This document shows positions 1 to 9,824 of a DNA stretch of 64,000 bases, piece by piece. Location: contig CBDBCY010000004.1 of the NCBI GenBank assembly GCA_965203555.1, forward strand, positions 1,376,001-1,440,000. The letters run 5' to 3'. The first letter of the stretch is position 1. Each line of letters starts with the position of its first letter. The DNA comes from Acidimicrobiia bacterium (GTDB lineage Bacteria > Actinomycetota > Acidimicrobiia > Spongiisociales > ZC4RG35). A model generated the notes under the pieces. It ran no database searches. It had not been told where the DNA came from and saw only the letters and a list, made by a program, of their open reading frames with translations. The translations under genes were made by a program, and so were the position numbers.

Positions 1-147
1 AAAAAGGCCTCCGACAACCTGGGAATCGTCGCCAAGGAACAAGCAGTTTCGCACCACCAACTGAGAACCGAGGCCCGCCAAGTCGTGGCCGAAGAGTTGA
101 AGCGAAGAGGTGAGAGTCAACTGCTTTCCTTGCTGGGAGAGTCGTGA
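1..147 (+). CDS. 3' end of an unidentified CDS entering the window
   Basis: Frame 1 is open from base 1 (KKASDNLGIV...LLSLLGES) to TGA at 145-147. Confidence 0.55.
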   Translation, partial: KKASDNLGIVAKEQAVSHHQLRTEARQVVAEELKRRGESQLLSLLGES

Positions 148-185
148 GACAAGCACCGCACCGGTCGGGCATTGGAGAGACCGCC

Positions 186-1280
186 ATGGCGCGGGGGCCT
201 TCCTACACGGGAAACAACCTGGTCAACCTGGTGGCGGAATTGGAACGCCGACTCACGGGCCGCTCTCCGACCAGGAGATTGCGCTCCGACCTTGCCGGGC
301 TGATTCCGCATGCTCGCCACTATCTGCTGGTGATCATTGACGGATTGGGGTCCGGGCAACTTTCCCACCCACACGCACGGGCGCTTCGAGACTCGCAGCG
401 GGCCAGCCTGGAGGCGCCGTTTCCCACCACCACCTCGGTCAGCCTGTCATCGATCTGCACCGGGCTCACCCCCTTGCAGCACGGGGCGATCGGCTATCGG
501 CAGTGGTTCCCCGATTTGGGCAAGGTGGTCAGCCTGCTGCGCTGGACCGATCTCTCCGGCAAACATGTGCCCTACCACACCGCTTCATTCCTGCCCGCTC
601 CCAACCTGTGGGAACGGCTCGCCGCTCGCCGGGTAGGCGGGATGATCGTCCAGCCGGCCGCATTCTTCAACACCCCGTTGAGCCGGATGCTCTACCGGGG
701 AGCGCAGATGCGGGGGTACTCCTCTCCGATGGAAGTCGACCCGACCTATCTGGTAAATCGCTCCAGGCGAACCCTGGCCATGATCTACTACCACGCGGTG
801 GACGTGGCAGCGCATGAAACAGGTCAGCAATCCGAACGATACGCCCAGGCGATTAGCGGCGCCGCCAGCCTCTGGAAAAGGTTGGCCAACCGCCTCCCCC
901 CGGATACGGCGATGGTCGGAACCTCCGACCATGGGCACTGCGACATCCCGCCGGAAGGCAAATTCATACTCGACAGGACCGCCACCGCCGGTCTGCGCTG
1001 GTGGGGCGACAGCCGATCTCTCATGTTGAGCGGCCCGCTGAACCGGATCACCGAACTGGCCGATCAAACAGGCTCGGAGGTAATTTCCGTCCATCAACTG
1101 CGTACCTGGCTGGGGCGGGGCAGAGAACACCCCGACCTCGAGTCCCGCCTACCCGAGGCTGTGCTGCTCGCCTCCCCAGGAACCGGCATCTTCCCCAAAG
1201 GCATGGACACCCGAAAAACCGGGCACCACGGCGGCCTCACCTCCTCCGAGACGCGAATCCCCCTGCTGGTGACCGACTGA
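186..1280 (+). CDS. Alkaline phosphatase superfamily protein (nucleotide pyrophosphatase/phosphodiesterase type)
   Basis: LLVIIDGLG, PFPTTT nucleophile motif, DVAAH, TSDHGH and GHHGG metal-binding motifs. Confidence 0.85.
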   Translation: MARGPSYTGNNLVNLVAELERRLTGRSPTRRLRSDLAGLIPHARHYLLVIIDGLGSGQLSHPHARALRDSQRASLEAPFPTTTSVSLSSICTGLTPLQHGAIGYRQWFPDLGKVVSLLRWTDLSGKHVPYHTASFLPAPNLWERLAARRVGGMIVQPAAFFNTPLSRMLYRGAQMRGYSSPMEVDPTYLVNRSRRTLAMIYYHAVDVAAHETGQQSERYAQAISGAASLWKRLANRLPPDTAMVGTSDHGHCDIPPEGKFILDRTATAGLRWWGDSRSLMLSGPLNRITELADQTGSEVISVHQLRTWLGRGREHPDLESRLPEAVLLASPGTGIFPKGMDTRKTGHHGGLTSSETRIPLLVTD

Positions 1281-1493
1281 AAACACCCCGAAGCCGCAAG
1301 CCGTGACCAGGTCCGTTTGCAACAGCCCATAGCAGGACCGTCCCCTCCCTGAATTCTCGACTTACGCCGGTTACACACCGCACGATCCGGTGGACCTCAC
1401 CGTGATCGGGACGCGCGAGATCATCGCCGCCCATAGCCAACCAGTGGCCTGACGGGTCGAAATATCGGCAAAGAGGGAGAGCCCAAGACAGTA

Positions 1494-1700
1494 ATGAAGC
1501 TGGAAGAACTGACGCCCAGGCACGATGCTGGAAGGGTTGACGGTCTCCTGTCCTGGTACGGGACCGACACGGTCAGGGTCCTCTACCGCACCGACGACGG
1601 AGTGGACGAGCGGCTCCTGTCCCGCGCAGACGAGGAGAGGCTGTGGCCCGCTCCCCAGGAGCGGACCCGGAAACTCAACGCCCCGGGACACGCGAGCCTC
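1494..1700 (+). pseudogene. Degenerate N-terminal fragment of an SNF2-type helicase of the kind found with DUF499/DUF1156
   Basis: MKLEELTP..V.GL..W.GTD.V...YRT.DG..ERLL.R.DE.RL resembles the N-terminus of these helicases as I recall it; no helicase motifs follow. Confidence 0.5.
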
Positions 1701-1973
1701 ATCCAACTTGCTCAAGGGACAGTTGCTCCAACCCATTCGCACAGGGTCATGAGATCCCATGCCCTCGTCCGACCACGCAGGAAGGTCGGACTGTCTCAGC
1801 AGAATGTGGCTTCTCTTGCAGTGACGCGGCCGCTAACGGGAACGTCTGCTCTGATTGCCCTTCCTCAACCCCTCGTCCTACGTCCAGCCGGTGACCATGG
1901 CGGATGGGAATGCCCGTGAGGGACTCTTCTCGGTAGTACGATCAGTGTGAAATATTCGCTGAGGAGGTCCTTT

Positions 1974-2528
1974 ATGCAAGTCACACCGATAGCTGTTGTT
2001 TCACGCCGGTTGCTGCTGTTCCTGGTCGCTTTCCTGGCGGCGATGGCGACAGCGGCCTGTGACTCCTCCCCGTCGGAAGTGGGAGCGCGAGCCTCGGCTT
2101 CCCTTTCGGGAGCCGACGGCGCCGCCATGGGCACGGTGGAACTGACGCAGGGACCGCATGGGGTGCTGATCTCAGCGGACGTGAGCGGACTGACTCCCGG
2201 CGCGCATGGATTCCACATTCACACCACGGGGGCCTGCACCCCGGATTTCTCGGCGGCGGGCGGCCATTTCAGTCCCGGTGGCGAGGGCCACGGCCTGCTG
2301 CATGCCGACGGATCGCACGCCGGTGACCTGCCCAACATCTACGCCGGCGCCGACGGAACAGCACGGGCCGACCATTTCACCGCCAAGGTAACCCTGGCGG
2401 AGGACGCCGAGACCTCCCTCTTCGACGCCGACGGCTCGGCCATCATCATCCACGCCAAGCCCGACAGCTACGGCGCGGATCCCGCCGCCGGAGACCGCGT
2501 GGCCTGCGGGGTGATCACGCAGGGGTGA
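1974..2528 (+). CDS. sodC: Cu/Zn superoxide dismutase, lipoprotein
   Basis: HGFHIH, AGGHF, HAGDLPN, IIIHA and GDRVACGVI motifs; signal peptide ending in a lipobox-like TAAC. Confidence 0.93.
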   Translation: MQVTPIAVVSRRLLLFLVAFLAAMATAACDSSPSEVGARASASLSGADGAAMGTVELTQGPHGVLISADVSGLTPGAHGFHIHTTGACTPDFSAAGGHFSPGGEGHGLLHADGSHAGDLPNIYAGADGTARADHFTAKVTLAEDAETSLFDADGSAIIIHAKPDSYGADPAAGDRVACGVITQG

Positions 2529-2932
2529 AACGTCCCGACGCCCCGGAAGGCCCCGACCAAGACCCGGATCCCGTGCCTCCCGGCGTGGCGGCGGGCGTTC
2601 CCACGGGAACTGCGTTCGGAGGAAGAAAGGTGATAGGCATTGGGGCCGGGCTCTGGCTTCAATCAAGGGAGAGAACCCCGCTGAGCATTGGGACTCTCTG
2701 AGATCAGCAGCCGCAGTTTGGATCCAGTGGGGAATCGAAAGGGTCTTCTCCTGCGTGAACCCGTATTGGTGGATTGAGCCCACCCTTTTCTGTCTCAAGG
2801 ACTCATTGGACTACCAACCCATCAGTCCACAGAGCAAACCACTGCAACTGCATGGCCTTTCGCGGCAGGGACGTCGAACAGTCGTGAAACACGCCAGATC
2901 TCAAAACTGGGGTCGTCCCCTCGCCTCCATTC

Positions 2933-2970
2933 TCATGTAGTCACTACAATCTCTATTGGTGACTACATGA
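2933..2970. promoter_or_regulatory. Probable toxin-antitoxin operator, perfect 12-bp inverted repeat
   Basis: TCATGTAGTCAC (2933-2944) and GTGACTACATGA (2959-2970), overlapping the antitoxin ATG. Confidence 0.75.
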
Positions 2971-3221
2971 ACGTGGGAATAAGAGAACTGAAGGCTCGGC
3001 TCTCTGAGTACGTCAAGCGAGCCGGCAACGGCGAACACATCCTGGTCACTGACCGGGGCAGGCCGGTGGCCCGGCTGGTCAGTCTTGGCGGGGTGTCTGC
3101 GGTGGACCGGGGTATTGCCGAAGGGTGGATCACTGCCCCATCGAGCGGCGGGTTACAGCCCGTCGTTCGGCTGCGGGCCACTCGCACCACTGCCGACGTG
3201 CTGGACGAGGATCGCGGATGA
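2967..3221 (+). CDS. Phd/YefM family antitoxin
   Basis: MNVGIRELKARLSEYV...ILVTDRGRPVARL signature. Confidence 0.9.
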   Translation: MNVGIRELKARLSEYVKRAGNGEHILVTDRGRPVARLVSLGGVSAVDRGIAEGWITAPSSGGLQPVVRLRATRTTADVLDEDRG

Positions 3222-3619
3222 CGCTCTACGTCGACACCAGCGCTCTGATGAAGCGGTACATCGACGAACCTGACTCTGACCTCGCAGCCGAGATGATGCT
3301 GTCCGATCCGGTGCTCGTCACCTCCCGACTCACCGAGATCGAGTTGCGGCGCAACCTCACCAGACTCCTCTCCGGGAAGGATATTCTTGGTGTCCGCCGC
3401 CGGGTTCAAGCCGACCTGTACAGTTTTGCTCTGGTTGATCTCGATGCCAGAACTTGTAATGAGGCGGCGCGGGTCGCCGAGCAAACCCTGTGCCGCTCCC
3501 TTGACGCCCTGCACATTGCGGCGGCGTTGCGCTGCGGTGACTCAACCACTTTTCTCACCTTTGACATCCGACAGGCACAGGCCGCCCGATCCGCGGGCCT
3601 GACGGCGATCGGGGTCTAG
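3218..3619 (+). CDS. vapC: VapC-family PIN toxin
   Basis: LYVDTSAL, LDALHIAAA and FLTFD motifs; ATGA overlap with the antitoxin. Confidence 0.9.
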   Translation: MTLYVDTSALMKRYIDEPDSDLAAEMMLSDPVLVTSRLTEIELRRNLTRLLSGKDILGVRRRVQADLYSFALVDLDARTCNEAARVAEQTLCRSLDALHIAAALRCGDSTTFLTFDIRQAQAARSAGLTAIGV

Positions 3620-3703
3620 CCAACATCGGCGGATTGCATGACCTCATGGAGTTGGTTCAAAAGGCAGCCAGGAGGTTCCTGACGCCCTGCGCCGACGAAG
3701 AAA

Positions 3704-3725
3704 CGTCACACAATGTTGATACATT
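3704..3725 (+). promoter_or_regulatory. RecA-NDp/PafBC-like promoter of the UvrD gene
   Basis: CGTCAC-N10-TACATT, 7 nt upstream of an in-frame ATG at 3733 (leaderless). Confidence 0.6.
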
Positions 3726-3732
3726 GATCGAG

Positions 3733-6700
3733 ATGACATTTCCGGGACCCGAGTTGCTGGGAAGAGGGGTGGTGGTGCCCGCAGGTAGCCGCTCGCCACT
3801 GGAGGGCACACCAACAGTGGTGGTTGACGAGCGGGTGCTGGCCAACCCTCAGGCACTGGAGGAACTGGTCGACGAGCTTCACCGGGCTTGGGTGCAGCGG
3901 CGTCCGGTGACGGTGGAGCTTGACGTGGATGCATCCGAGGTGCGCCGGCCGGTGGTGGAAAAACGGGCGCCGTGGATGCTCGGCCCCCGCTATCTCCCCC
4001 TGCTGGAAAGACTTCACTTCCTGGTGTGGGCCAACAACTGGGACGCCCGAAACGGCGAGCCGATCTGGTGGTGGGGCCGCAAGGCGGCGCGGCTGGGAGC
4101 GCGGATCGGCGGGCCGGCCGACATCATCCTGCCGGGGGGAGAGCATGCCTGGGTGGACGGAGGCCCGCGTTCTCCCCTGGATGTTCCGGTCGTTCATTCT
4201 CAGACAGTGGAACAGGGACGGTTGACCATCCAACCCCCCGCCACCGGATCGCGGGCCGACCTGGCCGACGACCAGCGGGCGGCGGTGGAGCACCCTGGCG
4301 GGTCGGTGCGGGTGATCGCCCCGGCCGGATCGGGAAAGACCCGCACGCTCGGCGCCCGCCTTCTTCACCTGGTCGATGACCGAGGCGTCGAGCCGGGAAT
4401 CGTCACGGCGGTGGCCTACAACAACCGGGCCGCCCGGGAGATGCGAGAACGTCTGCGCCGACACGACCTGCACATCCGCACCATCCACTCTCTGGGGTGG
4501 GCGATTATCCGCGAGGTGCGGCCCGACGCCACTTTGCTCGACGAGCGGGGAGTTCGAGCCAGGATCAGGAACATGGTCCCGAAGCGACCCCAACCCAACA
4601 CCGACGTCATCGGTCCCTACCTGGAGGGTCTGTCCGAGATCCGCATAGCCCTGCGGGACCCGACCGAGGTGGAGGAGAACCGAAGCGACGTGGAGGGATT
4701 GGCCGGGCTCTTCCGAAGCTACCGCTCCCTGCTTCACAGCAGGAATGAAATCGACTACGACGAACAGATCTACGGCGCCATCGAACTGCTGCTGGCGGAG
4801 CCGGACCTTCGGGGTCGTTGGCAGAGGCGTTGCCGGCATCTGCTGGTCGACGAATTCCAGGACCTGACGCCGGCGTACCTCCTGCTGCTGCGATTACTGG
4901 CCTCCCCGGAACTCAGTGTGTTCGGAGTCGGCGACGACGATCAGACCATCTACGGATATGCGGGCGCCGATCCGAGGTTCCTGATCGACTTCGACCGGTA
5001 CTTTCCCGGCGCCGGCGTCAGCGCCCTGACCATCAACTACCGCTGTCCCTCCGAAGTGGTCACCGCCGCATCCCGATTGCTGTCTCACAACCGGATCCGG
5101 GTGACCAAGACCATCGAGGCGGCTCCCGACTCCGGGCGCGGAAGCTTTCGGGTCATCACGCCCGGCCGCGGGCAAATGGCGGTGGACGCCGAGAAGATAA
5201 TCACCAAATGGCTCACCGAGGAGGATGTGCCGCCCGGCAAGATCGCCGTTCTGGCCAGGGTCAACTCGGCATTGCTTCCGATATTGGCGGCGCTCGACAA
5301 GAGAGGTGTCCCGTTTCGCTCGCAACTCGATACCGGTCTTCTGAACCGGACGACCATGCGAGCCACCCTGGCATGGATCCGGTTGGCGCTGCACACCGAT
5401 TCGATGACCAGAAGTGACCTCATGGAAGCGGTGCGCCGCCCTGCCCGCCGGATCAACCGGTTGGCTTCCGAACTGATACCTCCCGGCAACACTTCACTGA
5501 CCGGACTGGCCGCGCTCGGACGGAGACTGGACGACCGGAAGGCAGCCACGTGGAGGCGGTTCGTCAACGCCATCGAAGAGGCGGCGCAGGTGGCGAAACA
5601 GGGCGACTCCGGTGTGCTGCTGGACTTTCTGTCCGGGGAGATCGGCCTGGGCAGGGTGGCCCATACCCTGGACGCCAAACGCGGCAAAGCCGATCGCTCC
5701 ACCCATACCGATGATCTGGTGGCGCTGCGCCGTGCCGCCGTCTCCTACCCTGATCTGCCGACCTTCGAGTCGAGCCTCCGCCGGCTGTTGGGTCGGGGAC
5801 CGTCCCAGGAACCGGGTGTCCTGGCCACCTCCATCCACCGAGTGAAAGGACTGGAGTGGGACCGGGTGGTCGTATTCGGGGTGGATGCAGGATTGGTCCC
5901 CCATCTGCTGTCAAAGGACATCGAAGAGGAACGCCGGGTCCTCCATGTAGCCATCACCAGATGCCGCGACGAGGCGGTGGTGGTGGCCGAGAGAGGAAGG
6001 GAGTCTCCATTCCTTCCGGAATTGACCAGGACGTTCAGCCCGGTCCCGGACCGGATTCCCGGCCACCTGCTTGCACCACACCCAACCGCGGTCACCTCCG
6101 GCGGAACCCGCCCACAACAGGGTGATCCGCAGACTCCGCGGAGTCGGCGGACGGAGGACGCCGCCGAGCAGGATGCTCCGTTTGACGCCGTGCTGTATGA
6201 GAGCCTCCGCCAGTGGCGCTTGGCGGTGGCGCGGGAGCACAATATTGCAGCCTTCATTGTTCTGTACAACCGCACCCTGGAGGAAATCGCTCGAACCCAG
6301 CCCCGCACCGAGACCGAACTCCTGCAGGTAACGGGCATCGGCCCCCGGAAACTGGCCGAATACGGTCGGGACATCCTCCGGATCGTTACCTCGCACGACG
6401 CGCAATCCGAAGAGTTGGCGGAGAATTCCGAAACCAGGACGCCTCGGGCCGCCCGAACCCCCGCGCAACCGGCCGGCCCGCCACCGCCCGGCCCGCCACC
6501 GCCCGACCCCGTCCCAACCGCCGACAATGCCCTGCTCGATGCACTTCGACGGTGGCGTGCGGATATGGCCCGGCGCAACCAACTGCCCGCCTACGCCATC
6601 CTCAACAATCGCACCTTGGAGGAGGTCTGCAGAATCCAGCCGAACACGGAAACGGACCTTCTCCGGATATATGGGATCGGCCCTCAGAAACTAGCCAAGT

Positions 6701-6744
6701 ACGGACAGGACGTGCTGCAGTTGGTGAGGTCGCACCAATCTTGA
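3733..6744 (+). CDS. UvrD/Rep family helicase with N-terminal extension and two C-terminal HRDC domains
   Basis: APAGSGKT, LLVDEFQD, GDDDQTIY, SIHRVKGLEW and VAITR motifs; two LR.WR...A..IL.NRTLEE...GIGP.KL..YG repeats. Confidence 0.9.
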   Translation: MTFPGPELLGRGVVVPAGSRSPLEGTPTVVVDERVLANPQALEELVDELHRAWVQRRPVTVELDVDASEVRRPVVEKRAPWMLGPRYLPLLERLHFLVWANNWDARNGEPIWWWGRKAARLGARIGGPADIILPGGEHAWVDGGPRSPLDVPVVHSQTVEQGRLTIQPPATGSRADLADDQRAAVEHPGGSVRVIAPAGSGKTRTLGARLLHLVDDRGVEPGIVTAVAYNNRAAREMRERLRRHDLHIRTIHSLGWAIIREVRPDATLLDERGVRARIRNMVPKRPQPNTDVIGPYLEGLSEIRIALRDPTEVEENRSDVEGLAGLFRSYRSLLHSRNEIDYDEQIYGAIELLLAEPDLRGRWQRRCRHLLVDEFQDLTPAYLLLLRLLASPELSVFGVGDDDQTIYGYAGADPRFLIDFDRYFPGAGVSALTINYRCPSEVVTAASRLLSHNRIRVTKTIEAAPDSGRGSFRVITPGRGQMAVDAEKIITKWLTEEDVPPGKIAVLARVNSALLPILAALDKRGVPFRSQLDTGLLNRTTMRATLAWIRLALHTDSMTRSDLMEAVRRPARRINRLASELIPPGNTSLTGLAALGRRLDDRKAATWRRFVNAIEEAAQVAKQGDSGVLLDFLSGEIGLGRVAHTLDAKRGKADRSTHTDDLVALRRAAVSYPDLPTFESSLRRLLGRGPSQEPGVLATSIHRVKGLEWDRVVVFGVDAGLVPHLLSKDIEEERRVLHVAITRCRDEAVVVAERGRESPFLPELTRTFSPVPDRIPGHLLAPHPTAVTSGGTRPQQGDPQTPRSRRTEDAAEQDAPFDAVLYESLRQWRLAVAREHNIAAFIVLYNRTLEEIARTQPRTETELLQVTGIGPRKLAEYGRDILRIVTSHDAQSEELAENSETRTPRAARTPAQPAGPPPPGPPPPDPVPTADNALLDALRRWRADMARRNQLPAYAILNNRTLEEVCRIQPNTETDLLRIYGIGPQKLAKYGQDVLQLVRSHQS

Positions 6745-6841
6745 TAGAGACCTGGGATCAACCCCAAGTGCAACAAGACCCGCTCGGGGAAAACCATGCG
6801 TCGCCTTCTCAAGAAAAGGCAAAAGTACCTTCGGCGACAGC

Positions 6842-7036
6842 TTGCCGTTTGTCCCACTGGTGCTCCATAGTGACTGATAGCCGAAACTCCCACGGCCCGA
6901 TACGGCGTCGCTCGGGCACAGGGATCATATTGCCGAAACGCCCCTTCCCAAGGGATCGGTCAAACGCGTCTCGGCCCAAGGGGGTGGTGGTGGGAGTTGG
7001 GCCCAATGAAGAAACCGACAGCAAACGTTTTTCGCG
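6842..7036 (+). ncRNA. Dispersed promoter plus structured-RNA element, copy D
   Basis: TGTCCC-N10-CATAGT; hairpin GCCCG/CGGGC with CGGCGTCG loop; GGGATCATA; stem GCCGAAACGC/GCGTCTCGGC; GGTGGTGG...GGGCCC tail; TTTCGCG. Confidence 0.6.
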
Positions 7037-7144
7037 GGTTAGCGTGCGAGAGCCACGGGGAGGACGGTCAGCAACGCTTGTTACCCGGTAAGAGTCCTAG
7101 CCTTGCATTCATCCTACGGGAAACAATCGAGAGGAGCGCCGGAG

Positions 7145-7558
7145 ATGCACCACTGGAACGAATGGAACCAACAGGTCATCAAGGAATTCCGAACCAAGGG
7201 AGGAAGAGCGGAGGGAATGCTGAAGGGAATGCCCCTGTTGCTGTTGCATCACATTGGCGCCAAGACGCAAACCAGGCGCATAAGTCCGCTCGTGTACCTG
7301 GCAGTCGCAGGGGGCTATGCCATTTTTGCCTCGAAGGGGGGACATCCCACCAACCCCGACTGGTATCACAACCTGCTCTCCAACCCCGAGACCGAGGTGG
7401 AGGTCGGTGAGGAGACTGTCCCGGTGCGGGCCCGGATAACGGAGGGAGCGGAGCGGGAGCGGATCTGGACCAGGCAAAAAGAGCTCTATACCAACTTCGC
7501 CGACTACGAAGCGAAAACCTCCCGCCAGATTCCAGTCATAGTGCTCGACCGGATCTGA
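7145..7558 (+). CDS. F420-dependent Ddn-like nitroreductase family protein
   Basis: PLLLLHHIGAKT, FASKGG.PTNP.WYHNL and RQIPVIVL motifs. Confidence 0.9.
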   Translation: MHHWNEWNQQVIKEFRTKGGRAEGMLKGMPLLLLHHIGAKTQTRRISPLVYLAVAGGYAIFASKGGHPTNPDWYHNLLSNPETEVEVGEETVPVRARITEGAERERIWTRQKELYTNFADYEAKTSRQIPVIVLDRI

Positions 7559-7656
7559 AGCCCCGCCGGGACCCCCTCCCGCGCGGCGCCGATTCTCCCT
7601 TCTTGCAACTCTCTAGCCTTATCTCTTAGAAGCACCACAGAAAGGAACAGAACAGG

Positions 7657-8070
7657 ATGCGCGACTACAACGCGTGGAACAAGGAAGTGATCGAGGAATT
7701 CCGGGCGAATGGCGGATGGGCCGGAGGGATGCTGAAGGGAATGCCGCTTCTGCTGCTGTACAACCTCGGCGCCAGGACCGGCGCCCTGCGGATCAACCCG
7801 CTCGCCTACCAGAAGGTGGAGGGCGGCTATGCCATTTTCGGCTCCAAGGGCGGTTCTCCCACCAATCCCGCCTGGTATCACAACCTGATGGCCAACCCCC
7901 AGGTCAAGGTGGAGCTCGGCACGGAGAGCTTCATGGTCAGAGCCCGTCTGACGGAAGGTGAAGAGCGGGAGCGGATCTGGACCCAACAGAAGATCGACTT
8001 CCCACAGTTCGCCGAGTACGAAACCAAGACCTCCCGCCAGATCCCGGTGATCGTGCTCGAACCCATCTAG
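7657..8070 (+). CDS. F420-dependent Ddn-like nitroreductase family protein, tandem paralog
   Basis: Same motifs; closely similar to 7145-7558. Confidence 0.9.
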   Translation: MRDYNAWNKEVIEEFRANGGWAGGMLKGMPLLLLYNLGARTGALRINPLAYQKVEGGYAIFGSKGGSPTNPAWYHNLMANPQVKVELGTESFMVRARLTEGEERERIWTQQKIDFPQFAEYETKTSRQIPVIVLEPI

Positions 8071-8107
8071 GTCCGGTTTCCCTGGAGAACTGCGAAGAGG
8101 TCGCCTG

Positions 8108-9730
8108 ATGTACCGGCATCCGATCCGCTGGGAGTCGCGGCGCTCGCCGATTCTTTCCACCCGCGGCGCGGTCGCCTCCAGTCAGCCGCTGGCCACCATG
8201 GCCGGGGTGACGGTCCTGCAGGCCGGCGGCAACGCCGCCGACGCGGCGGTTGCGGCGGCTGCGGCTCTGGCGGTGGCGGAACCGGGCTCTACCGGTATCG
8301 GAGGCGACTGCTTCGCGCTCTTCCACAGGGCTTGCGACGGTGCGGTCCACGCGGTGAACGGCAGCGGAAGAAGCCCCGGGGAACTGACGCCCGAACGCGC
8401 CGGGGGTCCAAATGGCTTTGATCCCCAGGGCGCCATGGCGGTGACAGTCCCGGGGACGATCGCAGGGTGGGCGGACACTGTTGAACGGTTCGGCACGATG
8501 CCGCTGGCCGAGGTGCTGGCGCCCGCCATCAAGCTGGCCGAGGACGGGTTCCCGGTCACGCCCATCATCAGCCGCGGTTGGCAACGGCAGGAGGGACTCT
8601 TGAGAAGCAGGGGTCCGGCCGGCCACGATCTGCTGCTCGGCAATCGCGCCCCGCGGGCCGGGGAGATCTGGAGCAATCCCCCCATCGCCGGTGTGATGAG
8701 GACTGTGTCCGAAGGGGGTCCCGCCGCCTTCTACGACGGCGCTGCGGCCCGCCGGATAGTCGAGGCCATTCAGATGAACGGCGGTTGCATGACCATGGAT
8801 GACCTGCGGGATCACCGTTCCACCTTCGAAGCTCCGATCTCCACCACCTACCGCCACCACACCATCTACGAGTGCCCACCCAACGGGCAGGGCGTCACCG
8901 CGCTGATGGCCTTGAACATCCTGGAGGGATACGACCTGGCTTCAACCCGTCCACGGTCGGTGGAGGCGCTTCACCCTGTCATCGAAGCGATCCGCCTCGC
9001 CTTCGCCGATGCCCGCGCCTACATTGCCGACCCGGCCCGTGTCCGGGTGCCGATCGATGCGATGCTGAGCAAGCGATACGCGGCCGGGCGACGGAGGCTC
9101 ATCTCGGCCGACGCCGCCCTCGGATTGGCCGCGGCAGGGTCAATGCCCGGCGGGGCCGACACGGTGTACCTGTGCGCCGTCGACGGCGAGGGCAACGCCT
9201 GCTCCTTCATCAACAGCAACTATCACGGGTTCGGAACCGGCATAGTGCCCCGCAACTGCGGTTTCAGCCTGCAGAACCGGGGCGCCGGATTCACTCTGGA
9301 GCCCGGTCATCCCAACGCCCTGGGGGCGGGCAAGCGTCCCTACCACACCATCATGCCCGCCATGCTCACCCGCCCCGACGGATCGCTGTTCGGCCCGTTC
9401 GGCGTGATGGGCGGATGGAACCAGCCGCAGGGTCACACGCAGGTTGTGATCAGCCTGATCGACCGTGAAATGGATCCGCAGGCCGCCATCGACGAACCGC
9501 GCTTTTCGATCTTCGCCGATCCTCCCAACGGTGACGTCTGGGTGGAGGACGCGATACCCGCCTCCACCATCAGTGGCCTCGCCCAACTCGGGCATCCGGT
9601 TCGACCGGCATCGGGCGTCCTTCGCGCCGGGGTGGTCGGCCAGGGACAGATCATCGTCCGGGACCCCGAAAGCGGCGTTCTGTGGGCGGGTTCCGATCCC
9701 CGGGGGGACGGCTGCGCGATCGGCATCTGA
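8108..9730 (+). CDS. ggt: Gamma-glutamyltransferase family protein
   Basis: GGNAADAA, DTVYLCAVD nucleophile Thr, KRPYHTI, GVMGG..QPQGH and GSDPRGDG motifs. Confidence 0.9.
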   Translation: MYRHPIRWESRRSPILSTRGAVASSQPLATMAGVTVLQAGGNAADAAVAAAAALAVAEPGSTGIGGDCFALFHRACDGAVHAVNGSGRSPGELTPERAGGPNGFDPQGAMAVTVPGTIAGWADTVERFGTMPLAEVLAPAIKLAEDGFPVTPIISRGWQRQEGLLRSRGPAGHDLLLGNRAPRAGEIWSNPPIAGVMRTVSEGGPAAFYDGAAARRIVEAIQMNGGCMTMDDLRDHRSTFEAPISTTYRHHTIYECPPNGQGVTALMALNILEGYDLASTRPRSVEALHPVIEAIRLAFADARAYIADPARVRVPIDAMLSKRYAAGRRRLISADAALGLAAAGSMPGGADTVYLCAVDGEGNACSFINSNYHGFGTGIVPRNCGFSLQNRGAGFTLEPGHPNALGAGKRPYHTIMPAMLTRPDGSLFGPFGVMGGWNQPQGHTQVVISLIDREMDPQAAIDEPRFSIFADPPNGDVWVEDAIPASTISGLAQLGHPVRPASGVLRAGVVGQGQIIVRDPESGVLWAGSDPRGDGCAIGI

Positions 9731-9824
9731 GCCCGATTCGGCGGGCCTTCGATGCGGCAGGGTCGATGAAAAAAGCTCGTATCCCGGCCGGTCGCGGACC
9801 TCTCCGATCCGGCCGGGGAGTGTG

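Noticed and set aside
2575-2605. GGCGTGGCGGCGGGCGTTCCCA resembling the cassette tail
   Set aside because: Short GC-rich match with none of the other blocks
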